Positions 10,959 through 21,464 of a DNA stretch of 64,000 bases are shown in pieces (positions within the stretch are counted from its first letter, which is position 1; each line of letters starts with the position of its first letter). The DNA is from Epithemia pelagica. Taxonomy: Eukaryota; Protista; Bacillariophyta. The position numbers were made by a program, and so were the translations under genes. The notes under the pieces were generated by a model that was not told where the DNA came from, searched no databases, and saw nothing but the letters and a program-made list of their open reading frames with translations. Location: assembly GCA_946965045.2 (NCBI GenBank), contig OX337234.1:1922001-1986000 (forward strand), given 5' to 3'.

Positions 10959-13385
10959 ATGATCCGCCGAAGTGGTCGAGGAACTGCAGCTGCATACGCT
11001 AAGGCAAATCTAAAATATGACACCATGGAATCCACAGAGAGTTCTAGCGTCAAACGAAGCCCCGATAGTCGACAGTCAACGAAGCCGTCGTCCAAGAAGC
11101 TCAAGACCGCCAACCTTTCTTCAGAATCCATCATTCCAGAATCTCTGTCTGGCGTGGTTGACCCAGAGGCTGGAATCGATGGTACCGTTACCCTGTTGGA
11201 TAACATGCCATGTGATGTGATGCTTGTGCAACTTGATCCAGCCAAAACCATGGATAGGTTCTACGTGCTACAGCTGATCGAAACTCCAACGAACAGCTTC
11301 ACCGTCCACTCACGCTGGGGACGAACAGGAACAAAAGGACAATCTCTGAAACAAGATTTTGCCGCGTCGCACCTGGCCGAAGAATGTTTTATGAAAAAGT
11401 TCACTCAAAAGACTGGTCTTACATGGGAACATCGGGCCGGATCCCCAAAAGTCGGCAAATATCGCTTCATTGCTCAAGATTATGAGAACAAAAAAGTCGG
11501 ATTTTCCGGTGCATTATGGCGATATTGGCTTGATCATGGTGTCGATGGAAAGAAAGAGGGCTGGTATGACTTTGATCCCGTGGATATGATCCAAACTGAG
11601 CGACTGTTCTCTGAGCACACCAAAAACTCGGGGTTGGTCCGTCGTTGGAGAAAATTCGGTTCTCACAACTATGAGTTGGATTTGGCAAGTATGACTCAAA
11701 CGGATGTCAAAGACAAGACGCGCTCGGTACGCCGCATCCAACGATGTCCCAGAGACTCAAACAAAGAAGAAAACAGCGAAATAACGTCAGGGACCAAGGC
11801 AAAGACTGACGCTAAGATCAAGCCACCACCCACCACACCTGCTCGATCTTCCACCGTTCCAAACGTTGTGACACCCAATGTTGGACCAGATGTTTCTGTG
11901 TCTCGTCCCCCGGTAGATCCTGAAGTCTTTCTCCACAATATAAATGCGGCTGATTATGAAGTGGTTGCCTTTACAAGCAATCCGAACCGGTACTACAGCG
12001 TGATGTTAAACCAATGCAATATAACCAAGGGAAACAACAATAACAAGTACTACCGTATACAGATGATCCGGGAGGTTGCTTCGAGTAAGTTTTATGTTTG
12101 GCAGAAATGGGGAAGGGTTGGAGAGCCTGGTAGATCATCCTCGTCGGCCCTAAAAGGTCCATATGCCAGCGAAGAACAAGCTCTACGGGAGTATTCCGGA
12201 AAGTTCAAGGCCAAGACTGGCAATGCATGGGATACAGAGAACTTTGTTAGCAAGTCAGGAAAGTATACGTTGATTGAAATAGCCGATGGTATGAACACAG
12301 AGGAACCGAGTTTGGAGTCAGTTGAGTACAAGCCATCGAAGCTTGATCCCAAAACAAAGGACCTTGTGGAGGTGCTGTTCTCAAAAGAAATGCGCAATGA
12401 GGCACTAGCCAACTTCAAGCTGGATTTGAAACGTCTGCCATTAGGAGTGCCAAGTCAACAACAGATTCAGCATGGTATTTCCATTCTTCAGAAGATTGAA
12501 AACAAGCTCGGTGGAAACTTGGTTGCAGGTTCTTTTGATGAGCTTTCTTCTGATTTCTACACTGCAATTCCCCATTCATTTGGTCGATCTCGCCCGCCGA
12601 TTATCAACACATCCAGTTCGTTACAAATGCGGTATGATATGTGTAACATCTTGTTGGACATGTATTCGACCAACGAGACGATTCGGCAGCTAGAGGACAG
12701 AACAGAGAGTAACTCCGTGATAGTCCGGGAGAACCCTGTTGATCGCCATTATGAAAGCCTCAATACTGATCTCACGTTGGTGGATGACAACTCCCTTGAA
12801 TACAAGACAATCGTGAACTACTTTCAGAATACACGTGGATTGCATTCCAGATCGCACATGTTAGATATCTGGCAAGTCAACCGTCGTACTGAGGGCGAAC
12901 GGTTCAAGCAATTCGATAAGTTGGACAATCGGCGGCTGTTGTGGCACGGGACCAACATTGCTGTCGTGGCACCGATTCTCACAAATGGCTTACGCATAAT
13001 GCCGCATGCCGGAGGAAGGGTTGGTGCCGGTATTTACTTGGCCGCTTTGCAGGAGAAAAGTCAACAGTACACAAGCGGTTACAACTCCAAATATGCTTGC
13101 ATGTTTCTGTGCGAGGCCGCGTTGGGGAAAATGCACAAAATTAATTCTGATGGACACCATGCTTCTTCGCTTAAAAAGGCCCCGGACGGATTTGATTCTG
13201 TTCACGCTGTTGGGAAATGGACGCCTCAGGAATGGGGTGAAATGCTAGTTGATGGAAACAAGGTTTCTGTACCGGTTAGCGAAGCGGAACAAAAGACCAG
13301 TGAGACAAGCTTTTCACACGACGAGTTCCTCTGTTATGAGGAAGCTCAGGTACGTCTTCGATACATCGTCACAATCCGTCTTTGA
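10959..13385 (+). CDS. PARP3: PARP3-like ADP-ribosyltransferase; architecture WGR-WWE-WGR-PARP regulatory-catalytic
   Basis: Two WGR domains (RWGRTG, KWGRVG) and a WWE-like block (WRYW...WYDFD...NYELDLASMTQ). Regulatory domain starts SKLDPKTKDLVEVLF. Catalytic H-Y-E: LLWHGTNIAVVAPILTNGLRIMPHAGGRVGAGIY and FSHDEFLCYEEAQVRLRY, closely resembling vertebrate PARP3 motifs. First in-frame ATG 10959 (alternative 11025). Confidence 0.9.
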   Translation: MIRRSGRGTAAAYAKANLKYDTMESTESSSVKRSPDSRQSTKPSSKKLKTANLSSESIIPESLSGVVDPEAGIDGTVTLLDNMPCDVMLVQLDPAKTMDRFYVLQLIETPTNSFTVHSRWGRTGTKGQSLKQDFAASHLAEECFMKKFTQKTGLTWEHRAGSPKVGKYRFIAQDYENKKVGFSGALWRYWLDHGVDGKKEGWYDFDPVDMIQTERLFSEHTKNSGLVRRWRKFGSHNYELDLASMTQTDVKDKTRSVRRIQRCPRDSNKEENSEITSGTKAKTDAKIKPPPTTPARSSTVPNVVTPNVGPDVSVSRPPVDPEVFLHNINAADYEVVAFTSNPNRYYSVMLNQCNITKGNNNNKYYRIQMIREVASSKFYVWQKWGRVGEPGRSSSSALKGPYASEEQALREYSGKFKAKTGNAWDTENFVSKSGKYTLIEIADGMNTEEPSLESVEYKPSKLDPKTKDLVEVLFSKEMRNEALANFKLDLKRLPLGVPSQQQIQHGISILQKIENKLGGNLVAGSFDELSSDFYTAIPHSFGRSRPPIINTSSSLQMRYDMCNILLDMYSTNETIRQLEDRTESNSVIVRENPVDRHYESLNTDLTLVDDNSLEYKTIVNYFQNTRGLHSRSHMLDIWQVNRRTEGERFKQFDKLDNRRLLWHGTNIAVVAPILTNGLRIMPHAGGRVGAGIYLAALQEKSQQYTSGYNSKYACMFLCEAALGKMHKINSDGHHASSLKKAPDGFDSVHAVGKWTPQEWGEMLVDGNKVSVPVSEAEQKTSETSFSHDEFLCYEEAQVRLRYIVTIRL

Positions 13386-13654
13386 TGCAAATGGAAAATT
13401 GCGTACTCTGCTTTGTCATCAACTGGTTGTCGGCCTTCATTGTTGTTGTTGTTGGGAGGTTCCGGATGCATTTTAGTTATCTGATTTTTATATTCGGCAG
13501 TATTCTTATTATAATCCATGTGACGAAGATTTATTTTATGGTTGGTTACTTCTAGAGGTTCAAGTGAACCAGAAAAGCTGTAGAGTCCAATATCATTAAA
13601 TGTGCATAGGCCACGATCTACAAATGGATGTAATGAAACAGTAGTTTTCTTCAT

Positions 13655-15397
13655 TCAATGAACAGGAAGGGAAATTGCATGCTTCTCATTTACGGCATCT
13701 TCCTGAAGAGTGCTCAAGTCCAAGGACGATGTGGTACTTGCTGTCATTGAGGTACTTCTGTCATGCATAGATTTTGTGCCTTTCTTGACAATTTGGATTC
13801 CACCTTCCATGATAGGCTTCTCGTTCTCATCCTCGTACCATTCTTCTTCTTCATAGTCATCACCGTCATCCGAGTCAACCACATTGTCGAGTTCTTGGTT
13901 CTCGTCTTTGGTTGATACTTCCATGAGTAGCTGTGCAGCTTCCTCTTCCGTCATCTCACTCCGTTCATTCATGAAGGAAAGGAAGGCTTTACACTCCTTG
14001 TCAAGGTTTGATGTGGAGGGGAAGTCATGCATCGATTCTGCAATACGGCGTAGAGTTCCAGCTTTCTCGCAGCTTCCTGATCGTATTGATCGAATAGCAT
14101 TGGTCATGCCTCGCGCTTCAATCAAGAGTGACGCGGCTGCCAAGGCACCTCCAGCAAACTGGGCCAATTGCGCCGTGCGCATAATCCCGGCGCTTAGTCT
14201 TGACATGTACCGAGAGTTTCGAGTCACGATACTTATACCACTTTTGGAACGGGAATTCATTTTCCCACGTTTTCGTCGGCGACTGTGCTTCATTTCTGCA
14301 GCCACGGCGGCTGCCAACATGGCCCGATCGACACGAATGGAAGCGCTGGCTTCATGCTCCATAGCACTGGTCAATACTTTCTCACGATTCTCCATATTCA
14401 TTTTCTTCAACTCTTGCACCGCCATTGAGTCCTCGTCCACAAAGCGTGACAAGTCTTGATCGAGCAGGGCCGCATCGCGAAGTGTTCCTGTCACGGTAAG
14501 AATCGTAAGAAGCATACCATGCAAAGCGAGGATCCGATCCGCGACTTTTCCTGGCTCAAAGAAGAACTGCTTTTTGATTTCCGTCCCGGTTTGGACTGCA
14601 GTGGCTCCGCCACCAAACAAAAGGGAAGCAACTAGCAAAGGTGGTCCAGCAGGAGTGAAAATGGTAAATGCGGCCGCAACACCCAAAACTCCAGAAACAA
14701 TTCCTGCCGATGATCCACCAACATTGATCTTGCTCTGTCTCATTTTGGTTTGCTCCAGCGCAACCGCAACCTCTTCGATGTATTGACTGGAATAACGCAG
14801 AAGTAGCACCGTCCGATCGTATAAATCCGTTAAGTGATCCATTCGTTCTCTTCGTTCCTTTGCCTCGAGAGTCATGCAACTTAGTATGAAATCTGTGTGG
14901 AAGATTTTTTCACATTCTTTGCAAAGTGTAATGCCTTCTTTCCGGAAAATGTCGGACGAGTGACTAGCACAAGAGGGAGAACCACAAGTAAGGCAACGAT
15001 CTGCTTTACTTCGCTGGAGCCAAGCTTTCCGATATGGTGAACCTGATTCGTTCGCCTTTCGTGCGCGTTTCAAGATACAGGCATTGCACTCTGCGTGATC
15101 GATATCGAAAGCACCCAATTCTTGACAAACAAGACCGAGGTTCAACTGCCTCATGTGTTCCAAAGCCTCGTATGCCTCATTGATCTCCATCGCCCTCAAT
15201 TCGTTCATGTTTTCGCTTGATTGAATATCCTCTTGCGGTTCCTCATCACTCGGGTTGATGAATTCGCCTTTTACGTATAGCTCTGCATATGGTAGTTTCA
15301 ATCTATATACATTGTCCTTTTCACGGTACGACAGAAATGTTGCAACCCCGTAAGGGGTAAGGAGGATACCTCCTCTTCTCAGGCGATTCTGCGGCAT
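13655..15397 (-). CDS. Zn-finger + apolipoprotein-L-like protein, paralog A (580 aa, intronless)
   Basis: N-terminal TPYG..LPY module. Cys/His cluster ECNAC..RCLTCGSPSCASHSS..LCKEC. Hydrophobic hairpin NVGGSSAGIVSGVLGVAAAFTIFTPAGPPLLVASLLFGGGATAVQTGTE. Collinear with 30118-31806. Confidence 0.7.
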   Translation of the reverse strand: MPQNRLRRGGILLTPYGVATFLSYREKDNVYRLKLPYAELYVKGEFINPSDEEPQEDIQSSENMNELRAMEINEAYEALEHMRQLNLGLVCQELGAFDIDHAECNACILKRARKANESGSPYRKAWLQRSKADRCLTCGSPSCASHSSDIFRKEGITLCKECEKIFHTDFILSCMTLEAKERRERMDHLTDLYDRTVLLLRYSSQYIEEVAVALEQTKMRQSKINVGGSSAGIVSGVLGVAAAFTIFTPAGPPLLVASLLFGGGATAVQTGTEIKKQFFFEPGKVADRILALHGMLLTILTVTGTLRDAALLDQDLSRFVDEDSMAVQELKKMNMENREKVLTSAMEHEASASIRVDRAMLAAAVAAEMKHSRRRKRGKMNSRSKSGISIVTRNSRYMSRLSAGIMRTAQLAQFAGGALAAASLLIEARGMTNAIRSIRSGSCEKAGTLRRIAESMHDFPSTSNLDKECKAFLSFMNERSEMTEEEAAQLLMEVSTKDENQELDNVVDSDDGDDYEEEEWYEDENEKPIMEGGIQIVKKGTKSMHDRSTSMTASTTSSLDLSTLQEDAVNEKHAISLPVH

Positions 15398-16417
15398 TGG
15401 AAATTGGAATTGGAATATCGTCTTGTCGTCAAGACGATGGCATGCATGTAATGATCTACTTTTCTATATCATACAGTGGAGGCAATCGCAAGATTTAGCC
15501 CACGTTCGTTGTCCTTTCACCAAGTGTTTCCGAGACAAAGGTTGTTGTCAAGCAAACAGCGAAACGTAAACTCTGTTCCGCTCAAAATGGAAAACGCAAC
15601 ACAACGGTCGTTCCACGCACACGCATGACCATTGACCGCGTGATGGGGGAGAAAGAAGTCTTTTTTTGTCAAAAATTGTATGGAACGCGAAAAACTCATG
15701 ACCCCCCAATATTGCCCCTACATTATTAGGCATCTTATCGCTACCAGTTCCCACTACCTCTTTCTACAAGATAGCTGTACTCCTATTCCCACACTATGAG
15801 GTGAAAGCAAGCTTCCTCAAGTTCCGTCAAATCCGGCAGGGAGTGATTTTCGATGCGACGTTGACGTGCGACCAAGTCGGTGTGTTGTCGCGTAGCAGGT
15901 AGCAGACGTAGCAGTAGCTGTAAGAGGCTGTAAGGTTAGCAGCTCTCTGAGAATAGGCCTCCAACTGATTGATCAAGAAAGAAGAATGGCTTCCAAGAAC
16001 AAATGGAGCAAAGCCGTGGAATGCAGAAAGCCACATTGCCATCCTATGTCTGATTGGGACCGACGGCACGGTGCGACGGGTGAAAATTCCGAAGCCTCTT
16101 TCAGCAAGCATGTCATACAGTGTCACTGCCAACATGAATCGGATACGTTGGAAGACATTAAGAATCCAGATGGGAAGCAGCACTGACAAACGTATCAACA
16201 TTTAACGTCGATGCAGGGGCTAAATATCTGGCATGCGCAATGAAAGCGATCAACGATTTGACATCGTTTATTCTACCTATGTTTCGCTTTTCTCAGATAC
16301 GTGGTCTGGAGAGGCAGGTCTCTTACGATGGTGTTCGATATCTAAACCTGAGGGTTTCAAGTGTGCAAAGATTTTAATAAAGTTACTTCCATTGTTTCCA
16401 TCAAGCTAACTGTAAGC

Positions 16418-17700
16418 TTAATGGTATCCATCAACGTAGTGGAAGTGCCCGTACTTACGGAAGGCTTGAAGCCATTCGTACATGACCTTTTCAACGGGCA
16501 TGGCCTCGATACCAAAATCCTTCAAGGTGATGATCTCGTCTTGGTTTTCGTACGCCTCCGCCGATCCAAGGGGAGGCAAGAAATCTTCGGACCAAATGTC
16601 GACAAGGTCAGGGGTGTTGAAAGGCTCTCGCTGGTACTGCAGAATTTCCGCGGCCGCGCGGTACCATTGCGCAGGAATTGTCCGGATCGGGGTTCTGCGT
16701 AGGGTGCAATCGTCCACAAATTTTGCCAATTCCATGTACGTGTAGTCTTTGGGACCAAACATATCAATTCGCTTCCCTTCAAACGCCTTGGCGTTGTCAC
16801 AAATACCGACGATTGCCCGAGCAACGTCTGCAACCCAAACAGGTTGAATTACAGAGGTTTCGCCCATCCCGAAGGTTCGATCCACCAGGAAGATGTTCTT
16901 GTAGAAGCACTGAGTCCGAGCCATGGGTGTCAACAAACGATCGTCACGTCCATAAATCTGGGTAGGGCGGATGATTGTTGCCCAAGGATAAATCGCCTTA
17001 ACAGCTTCTTCTCCAGCAAACTTTGTTCTGGACCATTCTGACTTGGCATCGGGAGAAGCGGAAGCCGATGACAGATGAACAAAGTGATCAACTTGCATGT
17101 CAAGGCAAATACGAGCTAGTTTCTCAGGAATGGATACATTTACCTCCTCAAAGGTGTAATTCTTCTTATATCCAATGTACGGGAATGTCTTCTTCTCGTA
17201 AGGATGTGCCGACTCGTAGTACTTTCCAATTAAATTAACAACAACATCAGCGTCTGCTATCACCTGTCGAATGGAATCCTCATCACGGGGCTCGTAAAAT
17301 ACAAAGGAGCACCGACCAAGGTCGAAGGCTACCTTCAGATGTCGCATTTCCATGTCATCTCCACGATTGGCAAAATATGTCATGAATCCATTGTTTCCTG
17401 TTATCCAGAAGCATGTCAGCATGTTCATGAAGCTCTCGAATGAAGTAAACGTCCGTCGGCAGGTTTAAACATTGACTTACCAAGTTCAGAACCAACATAT
17501 TTTCCCAAGAATCCAGATCCTCCGAAAACAGCAACTTTGACGCCTTTGTCCGACGATCGACCACCATGTCCAACTTCTGACCCGCGCTGCTCTGTCATCG
17601 TTGGAGAGTACTTTCCCAAAACGCTTGACGAAGAAGCCCGAACTCCTCTCAGCTTCGACCCTGACCGGGCGAACCACGTAGCAGCACGGTGGTTGAACAT
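16418..17700 (-). CDS. NDUFA9: NADH:ubiquinone oxidoreductase 39-kDa subunit (complex I, SDR fold) (exons 17700-17481, 17397-16418)
   Basis: Arg/Ser-rich mitochondrial-type leader. GGRSSDKGVKVAVFGGSGFLGKYV, DVVVNLIGK, SEWSRTKFAGEEAVK, ATIIRPTQIYGRDDRLL. Intron GTAAGT(17480)..AACAG(17398). Confidence 0.92.
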
Positions 17701-17986
17701 TGTTCAGCGAGAAATTATCAGAGCTGCTTCCTCGAGGCTTCTAATGAGCAAGTATATTGTTTCAGCAGCGGTTGCTCCAATATTTGTGCGTCATGGTCGC
17801 ACCCTCCCGGAACTTCTAAGCGGCTAGAAGGCCACAGTATCATGTTTTCTTGTATGATTCATCATATCCTCAGCGCTTCCGAGGAGTTTATCCAAGCGAT
17901 GGATGTCGCATGATCGGGACTCGGGAATCGGGACTCCTTAATATGTATTTTGAATTGAACTTCCCGTAGCAGTATAGCTAGTGTTA

Positions 17987-18751
17987 GGCTATCTCCACCC
18001 GAGCGCCGCTATGCTGACGTATTGGGGCTTTCTGATTGGCCTCGCTATCCGGATAGCGGAATAGCGGAGCCAAACGGAAATAAACTCCACGATCTCCGTT
18101 AAAAGAACGCCGCTATTTCGCGTTGCGCGTACGCCCTCTCTTGTTTCGGTTGAAAAGGGGTGCGGCTTGCGGAATTCAAACAAGACAATCAACGAGAGCA
18201 CAAAGCATAAACCAAAGATGGAGGACTCGTTGTTCTCCCTCTTCATTGTTGACTGTCATGGTGAATCATGTTGTTGTTCATGGCCAATGTAGATGTAGGT
18301 TGTAGTTTGCAGTCCAATCGTCCTATTGTATTCCCTGTCCCATTTCCGATTGATTGTTTGATAATCGAACACACCAATAGTTTGAATGATGCATTTGTTT
18401 GATTGTTGCATTCCTTCCGATCCGTGATCCTCGAATCATCTTGCTGTGCATGGTTCTTGTCCCATTGTAGGAAGTAGGGAACACAACAATGGAAAAAGAG
18501 ATGGTAAGCGATCGTCACAAATCAATACGTGCCATTGCCATGTTTTCGACAAGAGAGATACTGTTGGCAGCAGACGTTAATTTATTTATGCCGACGGTTA
18601 TATTTTGCTCCGCTATCCGCTATTTTCCCCGCTATTCGGGGCCCCAAATAGCGTCAAAAATAGCGGATAGCAGAGCTGTTTAGCGGTTAGAGGAGATGGT
18701 GGAGTTCGATAGCAGTTTTTGGACCTTTAGCGGCCCCGGGTGGAGATAGCC
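17987..18751. mobile_element. Non-autonomous DNA transposon (MITE), PIF/Harbinger-Tourist-like, copy 1 (765 bp)
   Basis: Perfect 15-bp TIR GGCTATCTCCACCCG (17987-18001) / CGGGTGGAGATAGCC (18737-18751), flanked both sides by TTA (17984-17986, 18752-18754). Near-identical second copy at 26564-27368. No transposase ORF recognised. A 3-bp TTA/TAA TSD is characteristic of PIF/Harbinger. Confidence 0.88.
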
Positions 18752-18951
18752 TTATTCCTTTTCCTTCTTCCAGCAAAGTACAACCTAGAATCATGGTCGG
18801 CTTACGAGGTCAAACATGTTGACCACACGGCATGAATCAGGAATTTGATCTTCCCTCAAACCTTTTCTTGATCAACTGTGGTTTGACAGTTGACAGTGTT
18901 TTTACTTCGACATTCATTCAATGCAGCGCATAATCCATTATTCATTAACTT

Positions 18952-20345
18952 TTAATAGCTGTAATGTACAGCAGGACTCCTTTGTTCCCAGTAATGGAGT
19001 TGTTCCATCTCGTAGCCTGGATACCTGACTGGTTGTTGTTGATATTGTTGTACTATCAGAACCGGTTGATGCATATGGTCGGCAAAGTAATTGAAATCCT
19101 CTGATATAACTGTTGGGACTGTTCGACGCTGTGGATGCGGTGCGTCGTACCCGTCGACGTACCAGTGTCGTGTGTCGCGCACCAAGTCTCCAAACCCGTC
19201 GTCGTCGTCATACTCGTCGCTTGAATCAATAGTTGTCGCGTCATCATCGTATGAAAGCTGGGACGATACATCGACATTGTTTCGAAACAAGTCCACTTCC
19301 ATCACGGTGGCGGATACTCTTTGTATGGTACCACTCCAACTCAAGGATTCCTGTCGTGATGTAGTGTACTGAGCTGGTGACATCTCATGCATACCTGGGT
19401 CCGACATCCCTAGAATGTATTCCTCGGGTGCATAAAGATTATGCTGAATGAGTGCTGTAGATTCAGAATGGGGCTTTGAGGGTGCTGTTCCATTGGGTGG
19501 ATGAGGTACATCAGGAGAACCGGTCGGATGCTCATGATTTTCTTCATGCTCCTCTGCAATAACGGGTTCTTTCAGCATCAGACACGGCTGAACCTGGGCA
19601 CTGAGTTCTTTCGCCTTTTGCCCAGTAGTCTTTTGTAATAGTATGGTTCGTTTCAACCGACGACCTGCGTTCTGCATCATTTCTTCCCATCGATCGTATC
19701 TGCCCAAGGAATATACAGAGTGTCGTCGTTGATTTTTTGCTCGTACATTACTTCTGACAGCGTCCACAATCTCATGAACAGATGCACCCCATTCCAACAT
19801 AATTGCTTCCCGTTGCTGCCTCGACAACACAAGCTCGGCCTGGGTCCGTCTAGCTGACCTCCTAGATTCGTAGTCATCCACTTCTATTGTTTTCCCCTTT
19901 GCAAATCCCCAACCAAGTCTGTATTCAAAAACAAAAAGTAAGATACACATTTGTTGGAAGCTCCAGCTAAACATCCGCAAATGAATCCACAAGCTTACCC
20001 TATAGGTGCACCTGAAGAGCAACTGGGATTGTTTGTCAGGACACGTTCAAACTCTCGCACTTCAACATTGGAAAACCTGACATGCTTGGGACCAGTAGAG
20101 CTTCGCGTTGAAACAGTCTGAGAGCCAAGACTCCTATCACTAACCCGAGCTCTGTGTTCGGCAGCACTATGATGGGAATTCGATGGCGTGGATCTCCCAC
20201 TGCTGTGCTTTAGTGATGAGGCTTTTGGTTTCTTTGAATTGTTTCTTGCCGTCGAAGTAGAGTTGCTAGTTCTGGAGCCGGCCACACTGTCGCTTCCCAC
20301 CGAAGACGAGGTGTTATGTCGACCGCTAAGCCGTTTCTTGAACAT
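18952..20345 (-). CDS. Uncharacterised diatom-type protein, VxF..VEVREF-NNPSC-GAP-LGW family, copy B (exons 20345-19999, 19918-18952)
   Basis: GTAAGC(19998)..TACAG(19919) joins KHVRFSNVEVREFERVLTNNPSCSSGAPIG to LGWGFAKGKTIEVDDYESRRSARR...KNQRRHS. Ser-rich N-terminus; long low-complexity C-terminus. Confidence 0.75.
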
Positions 20346-20969
20346 TTGTTACAAGTGCTGTAATGAAATGTAGTTCAACTAGTTCACACTGGTCACAGTA
20401 AGACAAAATCACGGCTACATTCGTCTATGTGCGGTCCCATCGCACCCGCACCACGTTGACGATATTGAGATTGGATGCACAAAACGAGTGAATGGAACGC
20501 GAAGTTCGAAGTTGGAAGTTGGACGAAATCTATCTCCCAGCGGGGATGAGTCATGAGGAACTTCGTGCATAGAGAATTCACCCAGGTGGATACACTCTCA
20601 CTCGCTGGGGGATAGGGCGAAGAACTCAGAACTCTGAAGTAGCATTCATACGAGTACTTGTAGGTTGTAGGGTTAGGGTTTGGAGTAGGGCAATTGTCTT
20701 TGGCGGGGTTAATATTGTATGACAGTTCTGATACTCCTATTGTATTGTAGTTTTCTTTTGCCAAACGGACGTCTGTCAGACCATCATGCTTGCAGCCACA
20801 TAGCAAAGTTCCTCTACACTCCATCGCGGAGAATATTACAATATCAAACAAATAACCGACTCGGGACGTTGTTCTTGCGATCTGGAGATTCGTATCTTTC
20901 CCATGGGGCTGCAGAAATCGTAGCTCATTAGCAGGAAGGAAACGACACAAGACAAATACAAAGAGAGAG

Positions 20970-21464
20970 ATGACATACAAGAGATACCGAACGCTTGGCC
21001 GCAAGAAACCTCACAGGTTGTCTCTCCTCCGAAATCTTGCAACCGCCCTCATCCAACATGAGCGCATTGTCACAACGTATGGTCGAGCCATGGAAATGCG
21101 AAGGCTTTGTGAGAGACTCATTGGATATGCGAAGAAGGATAACAAGGCTCACGGAAGAAACCTGGCCAATAGATACATTTACACGAAAGATGCACAAGTA
21201 AAGCTCATGAACGTACTGGGACCACGTTATGAGTTCCGAGAGGGTGGATACACTCGAGTAATGAAACTCGCCAAACCCCGCTTTGACAATAAAGCTGATA
21301 TGGCTGTTATTGAATACGTTGACAGGCCTGGAGAAATCAGAGCTGCACGCCCTCCTGCTTTCTTTCAAGACAAGTCGATTGAAGAGGTCATGGAAGCGTT
21401 AGGAATTGAAGATCCAGTGAAAAAGGAAGACGAAGCTATCGAAGGGGAAGTGGAAACAACTTAA
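20970..21464 (+). CDS. MRPL17: Ribosomal protein bL17, organellar (probably mitochondrial; no bipartite plastid leader)
   Basis: LGRKKPHRLSLLRNLATALIQHERIVTT, RYEFREGGYTRVMKL, DKADMAVIEYVD. Confidence 0.92.
   Translation: MTYKRYRTLGRKKPHRLSLLRNLATALIQHERIVTTYGRAMEMRRLCERLIGYAKKDNKAHGRNLANRYIYTKDAQVKLMNVLGPRYEFREGGYTRVMKLAKPRFDNKADMAVIEYVDRPGEIRAARPPAFFQDKSIEEVMEALGIEDPVKKEDEAIEGEVETT

Noticed and set aside
15827-16360. ORFs and a possible snoRNA in the 1-kb gap between ApoL-like A and NDUFA9
   Set aside because: No canonical C-box/D-box pair with a terminal stem, and no recognisable protein motif.
17912-17936. TCCCGAGT/ACTCGGGA motif seen in several 5' regions (about 17918, 39307, 43791, 48381)
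   Set aside because: An 8-mer is expected a few times in 64 kb, and it also occurs in coding sequence (about 4454); not distinguishable from chance without a genome-wide test.
18243-18518. ORFs inside the MITE as a possible transposase remnant or captured gene
   Set aside because: No DDE or Myb motifs recognisable in any frame; short ORFs are shared between the copies simply because the DNA is near-identical.
20150-20172. TTCGGCAGCAC resembling the U6 snRNA 5' stem
   Set aside because: Only ~11 nt match, it lies inside a coding exon on the other strand, and the rest of U6 (ACAGAGA box) is absent.
20664-20682. AGGGTTAGGGTT telomere-like dimer
   Set aside because: Only two units; expected by chance.
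20393-21004. 203-aa minus-strand ORF overlapping the bL17 start
   Set aside because: It spans a divergent promoter gap, overlaps MRPL17 head-to-head and shows no recognisable domain; probably a chance ORF. RNA-seq would settle it.
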